Source: Octopus sinensis (Eukaryota). Taken from it: a DNA stretch of 64,000 nt. Under the pieces are notes generated by a model. It saw nothing but the letters and a program-made list of their open reading frames with translations. It had not been told where the DNA came from and made no database searches. The position numbers and the translations under genes were made by a program. The DNA lies in contig NC_043004.1 in NCBI RefSeq assembly GCF_006345805.1, positions 57,412,001 through 57,476,000 of the forward strand. The letters run 5' to 3'. How positions within the stretch are numbered: the first letter of the stretch is position 1; each line of letters begins with the position of its first letter. Below, in pieces: positions 26,779 to 38,771 of the stretch.

Positions 26779-27125
26779 TTGAAATATAATTCCATCAGCC
26801 ACTGGCAGATATTTGTAGTCCCCTTAAAACTTGTATTAGACGTACAGAGTTTTCTATTTTACTTCAAGTATAAAGCTTAAACGTGGGTGTTTACAGCAAG
26901 CAAGCAGCTGATAGAGTGGTCAAAGAAGAAAAACTCAATTCTTTTAACTCGTATATATTTTCTTTCTATTTTGCTTGAACGGTGTTATATGCCAGTGAAT
27001 AACAACTTTACTGTCAAAAGTCTGAGTGACATTGCTGTGTATAGATACCACACCGTAAATACCACTGCATTTCATTGTACTGTATACATAAGAAGCCTTT
27101 TGTTTTTATCATTATGTCATTTAAC

Positions 27126-27240
27126 AAAGGCGGAGAGCTGGCCGAATCGTTAGCACGCTGGATGAAATGTTAAGTGGTATTTCGTCCGTCGCTACTTTCT
27201 GAGTTCAAATTTGCCTTTCATCATCAGTAGAAAGGTTTAT
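27126..27240 (+). mobile_element. SINE family B, internally deleted
   Basis: aaggcggagagctggccgaatcgttagcacgc...ctgagttcaaatttgcctttcatc. Confidence 0.85.
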
Positions 27241-27252
27241 TTCATTTAACAG

Positions 27253-27337
27253 TCAATCAAGAAACATTGACTAGAACCATCATCGTTTCGAATACTATCG
27301 TCATTAGTTCAAATAACAAATCTAGTGGAATAAGGAG
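27253..27337 (+). CDS. Candidate internal exon (NQETLTRTIIVSNTIVISSNNKSSGIR)
   Basis: Acceptor tttatttcatttaacag, strong donor AG|gtaagc, open in phase 1 in / phase 2 out. Confidence 0.35.
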
Positions 27338-28747
27338 GTAAGCAAATATGAAATGGAAAGTGAATCAAGAAATTGTCCATCAAGATTGTATGTTTAATAC
27401 TTCTGTTTGGAAGACTTTCATTAATATCCCAAACAAGTAATAACACACCGCAATTACTAGACTTTGATATCACATCTACTTCATATTGGATACGTACATT
27501 CATTCATACATAAAAAACACGCGCACCACACAGGTACCCATACACACACACGCGCATATAGATAGATTTATATATGCATGATTAATGATATAATTATATA
27601 GACGTATCGGGATATACGTCTGCACACACACACACACACACACGCGAAAACAAACACGTATATTCGTATGGGCAATCAAAAGATATTTGTTGCTGTCGTT
27701 CATAATACTAACAAAGACGAGTATAACAGTCGAAATAACAAAATACATATTGCAAATGACAGGGAGTAGAAGAGTTATGAGAGAACATTAGGGTGAGAAA
27801 AACAACAAAAGATATTTAGATTTACAGTGGATACAAAAATATACATAAGGGTGTGTGTGTGTGAGTGCGTTAGCATGTGCGAGAAATGTTGAATTTACGT
27901 AACAAAGATATACACATTCATGCATATATATATATATGTGTGTGTGTGTGTTTGTGTGTGTTTGTCCGTTAACGATAACATTGATATTTGATCTCATACT
28001 GTTCGTGTGTTTGTAGTTTTATGTGTATATTCAAGTTTGTATGTGCATATTTATGCGCGTATATGGAAGCTTATGTGCTCACGCGCATAGCTTATGCGTC
28101 CAGACGAAACAAGCCTTCATGCCTATTTCCTTGTAGCATTTCTTTTAGAGTCCGTCAGAAATTGCTCGTTAACACAATCAATTGATCGTGTCGAGCAGTA
28201 CATTGACTCCATAAATAGACACCTTTGGTGCAAAAACGGCTTTGTAAGGCGCCTTGCAATTTAACAATTATTTAAAAAGATGTTTCGTTCCGCTGTAGAT
28301 GTAGCCTCTGGCAAATGGACCAGAACTGGCTTCCGTTGTAGATGATCAATAACTTTAATCTTCGTTGTAGGCGCCATGATAGTCCGTAATACTTATGTTT
28401 TTTTAACGGTGGATGATCTAGAGGAGTTTTTCTTGAATGTAATACTTGTATAAATCAGACTTAGAGCGATGGCTGTACTAAATTAATGGTGTTTGTTTTT
28501 AATTATCCTTTTGGAAATATACCCGGTATAGAGTCCCTTTTTTTTCTTACGATATTGTGAAATGTAAATAAGCTCACAAATTTACTCTCTCTCACTCTCT
28601 CTTTCTCTGTAAATATATAGAGAGATAGATAGATAGATGGATAGATAGATAGATAGATAGATAGATGTGTATGATTAGGTGCGTATATATGTATATATAT
28701 GATGAATGTATCTATGTAGGTAGGTAAGTATCTAATATAACACTCAT

Positions 28748-28905
28748 ACCAAACTGTATCGGCGTTTCCTTTACCCCTTGAACGACATCGGTGGTGTGGA
28801 GAGAGGGGGCTGCTATGCATGGGTGGCTGCTGGTCTTCTATAAACAACCTTGCCCGGAATTGTGCCTTGGAGAGTAACTTTCTAGGTACAATGCCAAGGT
28901 CATTG
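28748..28905 (+). mobile_element. SINE family E, 3' half
   Basis: aactgtatcggc...ggtggtgtggagag...gctgctggtcttctataaacaaccttgcccgga...gtaactttctaggt. Confidence 0.85.
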
Positions 28906-29014
28906 ATAATCGTATCTTTATCCTTCTTATATATGATAGCATACCTATATGCATATATATATGTGTGTGTGTGTATGTGTGTGTAAGTTATAACATACGC
29001 GTATATATATATAT

Positions 29015-29400
29015 TTTTTTTACTTGTTTCAGTCATTTTGACTGCGGCCATGCTGGAGCACCGCCTTTAATCGAGCAACTCGACCCCGGGACTTATTCTT
29101 TGTAAGCCTAGTACTTATTCTATCGGCCTCTTTTGCCGAACCGCTAAGTGACGGAGACATAAACACATCAGCATCAGTTGTCAAGCAATGCTAGGGGGAC
29201 AAACACAGACACACAAACATACACGCACATACATATATATACATATATACGACGGGCTTCTTTCAGTTTCCGTCTACCAAATCCACTCACAAGGCTTTGG
29301 TCGGCCCGAGGCTATAGTAGAAGACAGTTGCCCAAGGTGCCACGCAGTGGGAATGAACCCGGAACCATGTGGTTGGTAAACAAGCTCCTTACCACACAGC

Positions 29401-29403
<3 letters not shown>
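29015..29403 (-). mobile_element. SINE family A, full length
   Basis: tacttgtttcagtcatt ... cttaccacacagccact. Confidence 0.95.
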
Positions 29404-29461
<58 letters not shown>

Positions 29462-29465
<4 letters not shown>

Positions 29466-29668
29466 TAATCCAAACATGAAAAACACAAAAAGAAAACACA
29501 ACAACGCGAGGACGTGGAACAAATATAGTATTATTGGACGCTCAGGAAGCAAGGGAAGAAGGAGGGTTTTACGTTTCGAGCGGAGCTCTTCGTCAGAAAC
29601 ATAGGAAAAAGAAAGATCCAGAGAAGGGACGACGGAGGGAAAAATCACCAACGGTACACACGCGGTCA
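29462..29668 (-). mobile_element. Short hammerhead-bearing repeat H (Penelope pLTR-like), flanked by (TA)n on both sides
   Basis: Same family at 50357-50566 and 54505-54702. Confidence 0.8.
29566..29600 (-). ncRNA. Minimal type I hammerhead ribozyme motif
   Basis: Minus strand GTTT-CTGACGA-A-GAGC-TCC-GCTC-GAAAC-GTA-AAAC: stem I GTTT/AAAC, stem II GAGC/GCTC, very short palindromic stem III. Confidence 0.7.
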
Positions 29669-30420
29669 TATATATATATATATATATCACGTATTACCTT
29701 AATGACAGTCATCTAAGAATATGATATTAACAAAGAAATATTGTTCCTGTTAATTTTAAAATATGAACACAGACACTTCTATTAAAGAAGATTTTGTAAC
29801 TGTAAATTTTCTCCATCCAATACCATTAATTAGGTGTTTGTTATTCTGCAATATCGTACCATGTTCTATCGCACCTAGGTAGTGCCTCTTTTGTGTAACT
29901 GAGTCTATGCTCTTCTATTTTACTATAATTGTATCGCCTTCCGCTACATATATTTCGTAGTGCCTTTTCTACTATAATATGGTTCCATTGCTCCATAATT
30001 CTAACTTTCAATTTAACTCCCATTATATCGTCGATCAAGTCTCACCATTTATCTGCTCAGATGTATTGGCTTTGGAATGTTTATTTTTCTTACGGAACTC
30101 TTGCATTTGCCCAAGCATGCAAGCCTCTCTCACCAGCGATATTGTCCGCGGGAAGAACTGTCGCCTTTGAGCTGATGCTGCTTAACAAAAGTATTCTCGT
30201 AAGCCGAGCTGTGGGATACTAACAGCTAGAACAGATATCATGACGCTTAATCCCCCACTCTAGCAGTTGATTCGAACCATTTTTATACAATCCGAAACAA
30301 TGAAAGGGTAAGTTGACCTCACTTGGATTTAGACATTGAACAGAGTTTAAATTCCATATATGTTTGAATGTTTCACTATATTTAGCAAGGCTATAATAGT
30401 GGCTATTATATAAACAGTTT

Positions 30421-30595
30421 TAAGGTGTCGAGCTGACAGAATCGTTAGCACGCCGGACGAAGTGCTTAGTCGACTTTGCCTTGCATTATGTCGCGGTCGA
30501 TAAATTAAGTACCAATGAATCGCTGCGGTCGATGTAATCGATTAGACGCCTTCACCAAAATTTCAAGGCCTTGTGCCTTCAGTATAAAGGATTAT
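30421..30595 (+). mobile_element. SINE family B, internally deleted
   Basis: aaggtgtcgagctgacagaatcgttagcacgccggacg...gtcgataaattaagtacca...ggtcgatgtaatcga. Confidence 0.85.
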
Positions 30596-31363
30596 ATAAA
30601 TAATTCGACACAAGCTACTTAAAAGTATATAGCTTGCTCTGATACGAAACTCGTACCCTGATACTGTTAAAGCATATAAACATATGCTTTGAGATATCAG
30701 TCATATATTAAATATCCATTTTTTTTTTAACCAACGATGATAATTCCTGTTTTTAACTGTAATAATTTTGAAGCCTGTCATTTAAAAGATCGATAAACGT
30801 ATCGAGTTCAATAATAGCATGGTTTATAATCTCAAAATATAAGTATTACTTAATAAACTTAATAAACCAACGCCTACCACCTAAATAAGATGATGATATC
30901 CTATCGCGCCCGCAAATATTTTATATGATATTAATAATCACCACGGGACATATCGTATTGCAAAGAGCATCAGGAGCGGTAGCTTTAAAACTAATTGCAC
31001 CATTTTCACATGTTGAATACATTATAAGGATACATCAAGCTAAAAGAAAGATTGTTCAGTTAACCTTTATTTATTTTGTGGCGTGGATCTCCACTGGGAG
31101 TTGGGCCACAAAAGTCTCCAACCAAGATGAATAGGACGTCTGGCTGGATTCACACATTTGATGGCTAATGGTATTGTTTTAATTCCTTGGAGAAATACAC
31201 CTCACTATACACACGATGTACACAAATATATATACTCACACACACACACACACGTATATATGTTTATATACACAAACGCATTTCCACGTGTACACAATAT
31301 ATATGTGTATAGAAATTTGTATATGCATATAGAGGTATATGACCTTTCAATCTATGTACCATG

Positions 31364-31367
<4 letters not shown>

Positions 31368-31438
<71 letters not shown>

Positions 31439-31440
31439 GT
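31368..31440. repeat. (TATC)n microsatellite
   Basis: Direct. Confidence 0.95.
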
Positions 31441-31651
31441 ATCTATATCTGTATCTATGTATATATATATATATATTATATATATATATATATATACGTA
31501 TACATACGTATATATGTGCATATGTATACAAACACTAGTATATGCTTATAAATATGTATGTGCTTGTACAATTAATTATATGTATACATACATGTGTATA
31601 TATCCTGCAGGTATCTATACACACACGCACCCACACTCATACATATATACA

Positions 31652-32495
31652 TACATATGGTATCAAGATTTTCTCGAAAAAATTATGTTTAATAACAAAT
31701 ATATTAGTTTCAACATCATCTCCTTCGAAAAAGTCACCTTGCGCAGCATTACTCTCATCCCAGCGTCCGTGCCACTTTCGTAAACCTGCCTGGGAGTTGT
31801 TTCCTGTAAGCGAGTCGAGTACCTTCTGCGATTCGCTCTGGATCTCGAAAACGTTATTAAAACGGCGATCTTTGGAGAAGAGACGAAAGTCCGCAGGTTC
31901 TACATCTAGCGAATAGGACAGGTGCTGAAATGATACCCTGTGTTTTTAGCGAGAACTTGGTGACAGGGTGCATTTTCGCCGTGAAGAATCTAATTCTTCG
32001 CCCTCCACGGATCCGGTCGCTTTCGCCAAATGTCCTCCCTCAGATGCTTCGAAACGTCGCTGTAGAACTTTCCATTGACGGTCTAGCACATGGGGGTAGC
32101 ATATTTGGTGCACAATGCCGCATTTCCAGTCGTGATGCACGTTGTAGGTCTTCCAGAAACCTCTTCCAGAAATGTTCTTTCGCTTTTGAAGCACCTGTAC
32201 CACTCCAAACATTACCTACGGTCCATTGCCTCGTAGCCGTAAGCTTCACAAAGCACTTTCAATGTCTTTGTAGCAGAATTCCCGAGTTTAACGCAAAATC
32301 TCACATTGGATCTTTGTTCCTGTCCACGATAATATCGCAGACTACAGCATATACGTGACCACAAAAAACACAAATTTCAACAACTTGCGAAGTAAACACA
32401 GCGATGTCACACGGCACACTGCTTCATGAAGGTTGTCTGCAAACTCTCACTGACCACGCAACCGTGTGCTACAATCAGCTGGCCTACTACAGATG
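31652..32495 (-). mobile_element. Mariner-type transposon relic, internally deleted
   Basis: EQRSNVRFCVKLGNSATKTLKVLCEAYG..EWYRCFKS (mariner N-terminus), later HLREDIWRKRPDPWRAKN*ILHGENAPCH; multiple stops and frameshifts; ends approximate. Confidence 0.82.
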
Positions 32496-33335
32496 CATAA
32501 ATATATATGCGAGCATATGTATGTATATCTTTTGTTTGCGCATGTATGTGCGAGTAGGCTGTACACACATACATACCAAGATAGAGGAAGATCCCTTTGG
32601 TGACTTCTCATTTCACAAAGCTGCAATTGATAAAAATGCATGCAGTATTCAACCGATAATTGCTCATCCCCACAAATATTGGACATGTTCTCAGTAAGAA
32701 ATGGAAATTAATATGATTAAATATTTTCTCTCAGGGTTTATATGCCTGCTGGTCAATATGATTGGGTTACTGTTTTCATAAATATATTGAAAAATGAGTT
32801 ACAAATGACCAAGTATATAGGATAATGGATAACTAGTGAATTAGGTCTTTATGATTCAAACCAATAGTGAGGATAGACTTAGAGATGTAGCAAGAAATTA
32901 TAGTATATGATATTTACGAATTGTTTCTTCCTTGTATTGCCTTCATCAGTTTAATTTGGCTTCTAGCAATACGTATTGCGAATTATATTCCAGGAAAATA
33001 TTGTTTAGTTCTTGTCAAACCATTCCTCGTGTTACTCATCTACTACTTTGCTTCTACGCTTCATTTCTTAGTCCTCGTCATCATCATCATCATCATACTA
33101 CTATTATTACCACTACTACCACTACTACAACTGCTACTGCTTCATACATATATAATTAAAATTGAAGAGATATATACGTGTATGTGTGTATTTATAAGGA
33201 TATATGCCTTTGTATAAATATGCGTGTGTGTGTAGATAAGTAATACATATATACATACATGCCACTCTCTGACTCCACCTCTCTCTCTCTCTCTCTCTGT
33301 ATATATATATATATATATGCATGCGTTAGATATGT

Positions 33336-33629
33336 GTGAGGCCACGTGGCTTAGTGGTTAGGGTCATTCCACTCATGATCATAAGGTCGTGCGTTCAATT
33401 TTCAATTCTCGGCGGCACGTTGAGTCCTTGAGCAAGACACTTTATTTCACGTTTCTCCAGTCCACTCAGCTCGCAAAAATGAGTTATGCCTGTATTTCAA
33501 AGGGCCAGCCCTGTCACAGTCTGTGTCACGCTGAATCTCCCCGAGAACTACGTTATGAGTATTCACGAGCAAGCTTCTCCGTTCATCGTATCAGCTGGGA
33601 TCCTCGTCGTCGCAAGCAACGGAGTGCTC
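33336..33629 (+). mobile_element. Chimeric tRNA-SINE: family E-like head joined to family C-like 3' half
   Basis: Head ..gtccttgagcaagacactttatttcacg..aaatgagtta matches E; cctgtatttcaaagggcc..gagaactacgtta and tcgtcgtcg..acggagtgct match 55113-55294. Confidence 0.85.
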
Positions 33630-33979
33630 CCTTTATATATATATGTGTGTATTCGTGCGAGTATATATACTTCCATATAAAGCGGATAACAGAATATGGA
33701 AATTCCTTCGCGGTGATAACATTATTTATGTATATGACAGTACAAAATTACTAATAACAGACTAAAGAAAATAAATCCTGAAGTGATAAACATTATATTT
33801 CTTTATGAAAATAATATATTTTATGGAATGATGAAATACAGAAAGACTATAATCTTTTTGCGGTTTTGTCACCTTCAATAACAAAGATTTTTCTAATAAA
33901 AAATTTGGTTAGAGTTAATCCATTAATATTTTATTAATAATATTATGTATGTATCTTGCTGCATCTCTCTCTCTTCTCA

Positions 33980-33992
33980 CTATCTATCTATA

Positions 33993-34055
<63 letters not shown>

Positions 34056-34073
34056 TATATATCTATATATATA

Positions 34074-34123
<50 letters not shown>

Positions 34124-34210
34124 TATTATATATATGTATGTATATATATATATATGTATGTATATGTATACATATATAATACATCTATCTGTCTATCTAT
34201 CTATCTATCT
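33980..34210. repeat. (TATC)n/(TA)n compound microsatellite
   Basis: Direct. Confidence 0.9.
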
Positions 34211-34388
34211 ACCTATCTCTATGTCTGTACTCACACCACACACACACACACATACATACACATATATACATGCCTGTCTAGTTGTGTGCTTGTGTTATCT
34301 AGTAGTTTTAAAACTTCCCTATGAGAATATGTTACAAACAGAAGATGCTATATTTCCAATCTAATAATATTATATTGCTCAGTACCTA

Positions 34389-34439
<51 letters not shown>

Positions 34440-34468
34440 CTCTGCCGTCCTCCTGCGTATATATATAT

Positions 34469-34510
<42 letters not shown>

Positions 34511-34534
34511 CATATATATATATATACACAGTTA

Positions 34535-34578
<44 letters not shown>

Positions 34579-34899
34579 CATACATACATACATGTATAGA
34601 TATATACATATATATGCATACACATATATATACATACACATACAAACGCACATATATACGTACATTTACACATCAGTGTGTGCGTGTGCGTGTGTATGTG
34701 TGTCTATTCCTATTGGAATACATATATTTACTTTACTATGTATTGTGTGTGCCTGTGGGTCTGTATATAGGTGAGGAGATTATCTGCATCGCGTTGTAAC
34801 TTTTTTGTGTAAAACTTATCTTACTGTTTGGACCTTACTCCTAGCACTCAAATTCTCTGTTTCCCTTACCTACACGTACTCTATCTCGCATCTTATGCC

Positions 34900-35140
34900 T
34901 TTCTGTTCAACTGTATGTGCCCCATTCCTATTTTAAAAAATTAGTAACCAATTTAGCCTCCTAGATTCATGACACAAATTCATAACGCTTATCGGTTTTC
35001 AAACAACAAATTCTACAGCTCAAATTTCTAATTTACCACAACCTAATCCTTATCCCCAGAGTAAATTCACAAGGTTTCTTTTTTCAACTAATACTTCTTA
35101 ACAGCGTATTTGATCTTGGAGACTTCAACATTCATATCCT
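34900..35140 (+). mobile_element. Possible LINE APE-endonuclease remnant (CR1/L2-like)
   Basis: Only the LGDFNIH motif (about 35115-35136) is clearly recognisable. Confidence 0.4.
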
Positions 35141-35483
35141 TTGCAAACAAAGAGATATACACATACCCAGACAATGCAGCAACGTACAAATGAGAACAAA
35201 ATATTTTCCTCAAATACAACACCTATGATTGATCATTCAATTTATAAATATCGAAACCAAGGAGAATATTCATTGCATGAAATTTTGGTCTCCTGTATGT
35301 GGAATTCCAAAATTTCATTGAATGCAAATTGTTAGATAAAATACACAACCGTAACGTAGGAGGAAATATGGGTGTAGCTATGAAATACACAGAACTTTTG
35401 GCAAATAACTTCTGCTATGGCTTCGGAACGAGGAATACTTTCTGACCAAATTTCGTAGCGAAAAACTGTTTCAAAACCCTTGG

Positions 35484-35514
<31 letters not shown>

Positions 35515-35908
35515 CTTTTACTTGTTTCAGTCATTTGACTGTGGCCATGCTGGAGCACCGCCTTTAGTCGAGAAAATCGACCCCAGAACTTATTCTTTGT
35601 AAGCCCAGTACTTATTCTATCGGTCTATTTTGCCGAACCGCTAAGTTACGGGGACGCCAACAGACCAGCATCAGTTGTCAAGCGATGTTGGGGGGACAAA
35701 CACAACACACAAACATACACACATATATATATATACATATATACGACGGGCTTCTTTCAGTTTCCGTCTACCAAATCCACTCACAAGGCTTTGGTCGGCA
35801 CGAGGCTAAAGTAGAAGACACTTGCCCAAGGTGCCACGCAGTGGGACTGAATCCGGAATCATGTGGTTCGTAAGCAAGCTACTTACCACACAGCCACTCC
35901 TACGCCTA
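35515..35908 (-). mobile_element. SINE family A, full length
   Basis: cttttacttgtttcagtc ... ccacacagccactcctacgcct. Confidence 0.95.
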
Positions 35909-35944
35909 CACATATATATATATACATATATATATATATAATTT

Positions 35945-36300
35945 ATGTTAAATTCTCACCTACCATCCCTCTGCCGCCTGCCCCACATCACTACACTTCC
36001 CATACTTCCACATCACTACACACCAAAGAAATCATTTTCACCACTCGTGACACACACACACACACAAACCGTCCCCGGTGGCTATATCCATCCATGGATT
36101 CTCTCATGTACATGCACACTCCACCCTACCTCCACCTCGCTAACTATCTCCTTCCCAACTGGTCCTTAAATTTTTCTCTCTACCATTCATACCCCATTTC
36201 ACCTACCATCTCTTTCTATTCTGATGACGGACTAGCATCCGAAACGTTGGTTTATCTTTGACTTCCAGGAAGCGTTATATCACTAACAATTACCTTAAAT
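35945..36300 (+). mobile_element. Probable Penelope 3' end/pseudo-LTR fragment
   Basis: C/T-rich non-coding stretch ending in a hammerhead core; the assignment is inference. Confidence 0.45.
36221..36248 (+). ncRNA. Minimal hammerhead core
   Basis: CTGATGA-C-GGA-CTAGCA-TCC-GAAAC-GTT; stem I does not pair in this copy. Confidence 0.55.
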
Positions 36301-36989
36301 ATATACTTCCTATTTTGCTCTTTTCTTAGTTTCTGCTCATCACATCTTGTATGTGCGCGCGCACGCGTTTATGTGTATATTAGTATATAAGCATAATTCT
36401 GCATGTGTATGTGTCCCCGTAACTTTATGGCTCGGGGAAAAAAAGGTGCATAGAATAAATTACAGGCATAAATTGGAAACTAAGAGTAACCGATGCGACA
36501 ATCACTAGGAAACAGCTCGCCGAAATCTTGTGACTAAAACTAATAACAGAATATGCCTTATACTGATAATGGGAAAGAATGTGATGAGAAGGATACGAAG
36601 TGGAGAAACAAGAGAAAGTGATAGAGTGAATAACTAGAAAAATATAGGGAACGGAATAAACCGCATCAGAGCAATAGGGAGAAGTGTGCGTGTAAGATGA
36701 CTATGAAGATTTATGAATGTTAAATGTTTCTGTGTGAAAGCGGAAACATTGTAACTGTGGTTGTATGAATATAGTGTATGCAAGAATGATGTATAGTTGA
36801 AAATTTTATATTGTAGGTAAAAAATTGATGTCAGCGATATTAAACACAGTCACGCAGACGCACACATACCTAGACACATACAGTTGCGCGCGAACACACT
36901 CATACGCGGTGAATACATACGTATCTATGTACACATGAATGTACGTAAATTTATATGCTGATATATATATATTTATATATATATATAAT

Positions 36990-37059
36990 AATTTATTTGG
37001 CTGTATGCTAATGTATATAAATATATATATATATATATGTGTGTGTATGTATGTATGTA

Positions 37060-37093
<34 letters not shown>

Positions 37094-37177
37094 TATATGT
37101 GTATATATATATATACGTATATATGTATATATATATATGTATATATGTATATATATATATGTATATATATATGTATA

Positions 37178-37227
<50 letters not shown>

Positions 37228-37232
37228 GTATA

Positions 37233-37302
<70 letters not shown>

Positions 37303-37305
37303 CAC
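36990..37305. repeat. (TA)n/(TATG)n/(TG)n compound microsatellite
   Basis: Direct. Confidence 0.92.
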
Positions 37306-37774
37306 GTATGCGTCAGTGTATATGAACGTCTGTATGTATTGTGGGTCTATAAAGCTTGGTAAATGTATACGTCTGTACAAACTCTTTTATATATAAGTGT
37401 GTGAGCGTGTATCCATGTGATGTGTAGATAGATACTTATGTAGGCAGATTCATAAGTTATGTACGTATGTATTGGTGCATAACATTTATCACCGAATAAA
37501 TGTACGCAAAGACATATATATGAAGGCAGAAAAGGAAGAAATCATTTCATGACTTGTCGAATCGACACGCTATATTTCAACTAAATTTTATTGAAATATT
37601 TTAATATCTACCTGTGTATATTTACACATTATATTAATATTTTTATCATGTTTGTCTTTCATGAGTTTCGAAGAAATTTTTAATTCGGTCCCCATCTTTT
37701 TACCAGCGTATGCATTTTTACATTACTCATTCTGCTCTCGTCCCTCCTTTGAGCATATGAACATAGCTGTGTGT

Positions 37775-38100
37775 ATTCTTTTAGTTTTTATTCCTTTATT
37801 TGTCTCAGTCATTTCACTGCAGCCATCTTGGAGCACCGCTTTCAAGTGTTTTGGTCGCACAAATCAACCTCAGGACTTTCGTTTTTTAAGCCAAGTACTT
37901 ATTCTATCAATTTCTTTTCCTGGGCCGCTAGTTTGCAGGGACATAAACACACCAACGCCAGTTGTCAAGCAGTGATGGGCGGGACAAACACACTAGCACA
38001 CACACACATAAACGACAGGCTTCTTTCTATTTCTGTCTATTAAATCCACTCACAAGGTTTTAGTCAGCCCGAGGCTATAGCAGAAGACACTTGCGCAAGT
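37775..38100 (-). mobile_element. SINE family A, head-truncated and diverged
   Basis: tctcagtcattt...gagcaccgc...gttgtcaagc...atccactcacaagg...gaagacacttgc. Confidence 0.85.
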
Positions 38101-38544
38101 CCTCTATATTATAAACTAACAAACATGAATTCATTTTTGTTATTTTATAATAATTACTGGTATCCTTATAAATTACTATCTTTTATATCTTATATGTAAA
38201 GCATAATGTTATATATATGTATATTATTGTAATTATCAGTTTAGTAAATAAATAAATACGTTAACATTATATAAGGTCTAAAATTTTATGAAACACATAT
38301 TGATCCCCTCCATTTTCTTATTGCTTTATAAATTAATGGTAAAATATCTCTTTACCTTCACCTATTTAGTACACTAGGTATTGTAAATGCAATGCAATAA
38401 AAAACACTTGTGTATTAATAATTGGGCATTTTGCTAGCAGTATATTGGATAGATATTATCCCTTAGTGGGTTGGATTCACAACCTCTAACTTTCTTTATA
38501 TATATATATATATACATATATATATTCTTGACTGCTAGATATAC

Positions 38545-38702
38545 ATTTTTTTTTCATTCTCTCTCTTTAGTTTCTTGTATTCCTTTCTGTTGAAGAGCGC
38601 TGGCTCGAAACGTAAGTCTTTTTCATTTTTCCGAGCGTAAACTAATACACCTGTTTGTTGTTCATACACCTGTCTTCGTCTTTTGGATTTTTTTTATAAA
38701 TT
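38545..38702 (+). mobile_element. Repeat H-related element with variant hammerhead core CTGTTGA
   Basis: cttt-CTGTTGA-A-GAGC-GCTG-GCTC-GAAAC-GTA at 38587-38614. Confidence 0.65.
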
Positions 38703-38716
38703 TCACACACACACAT

Positions 38717-38771
<55 letters not shown>

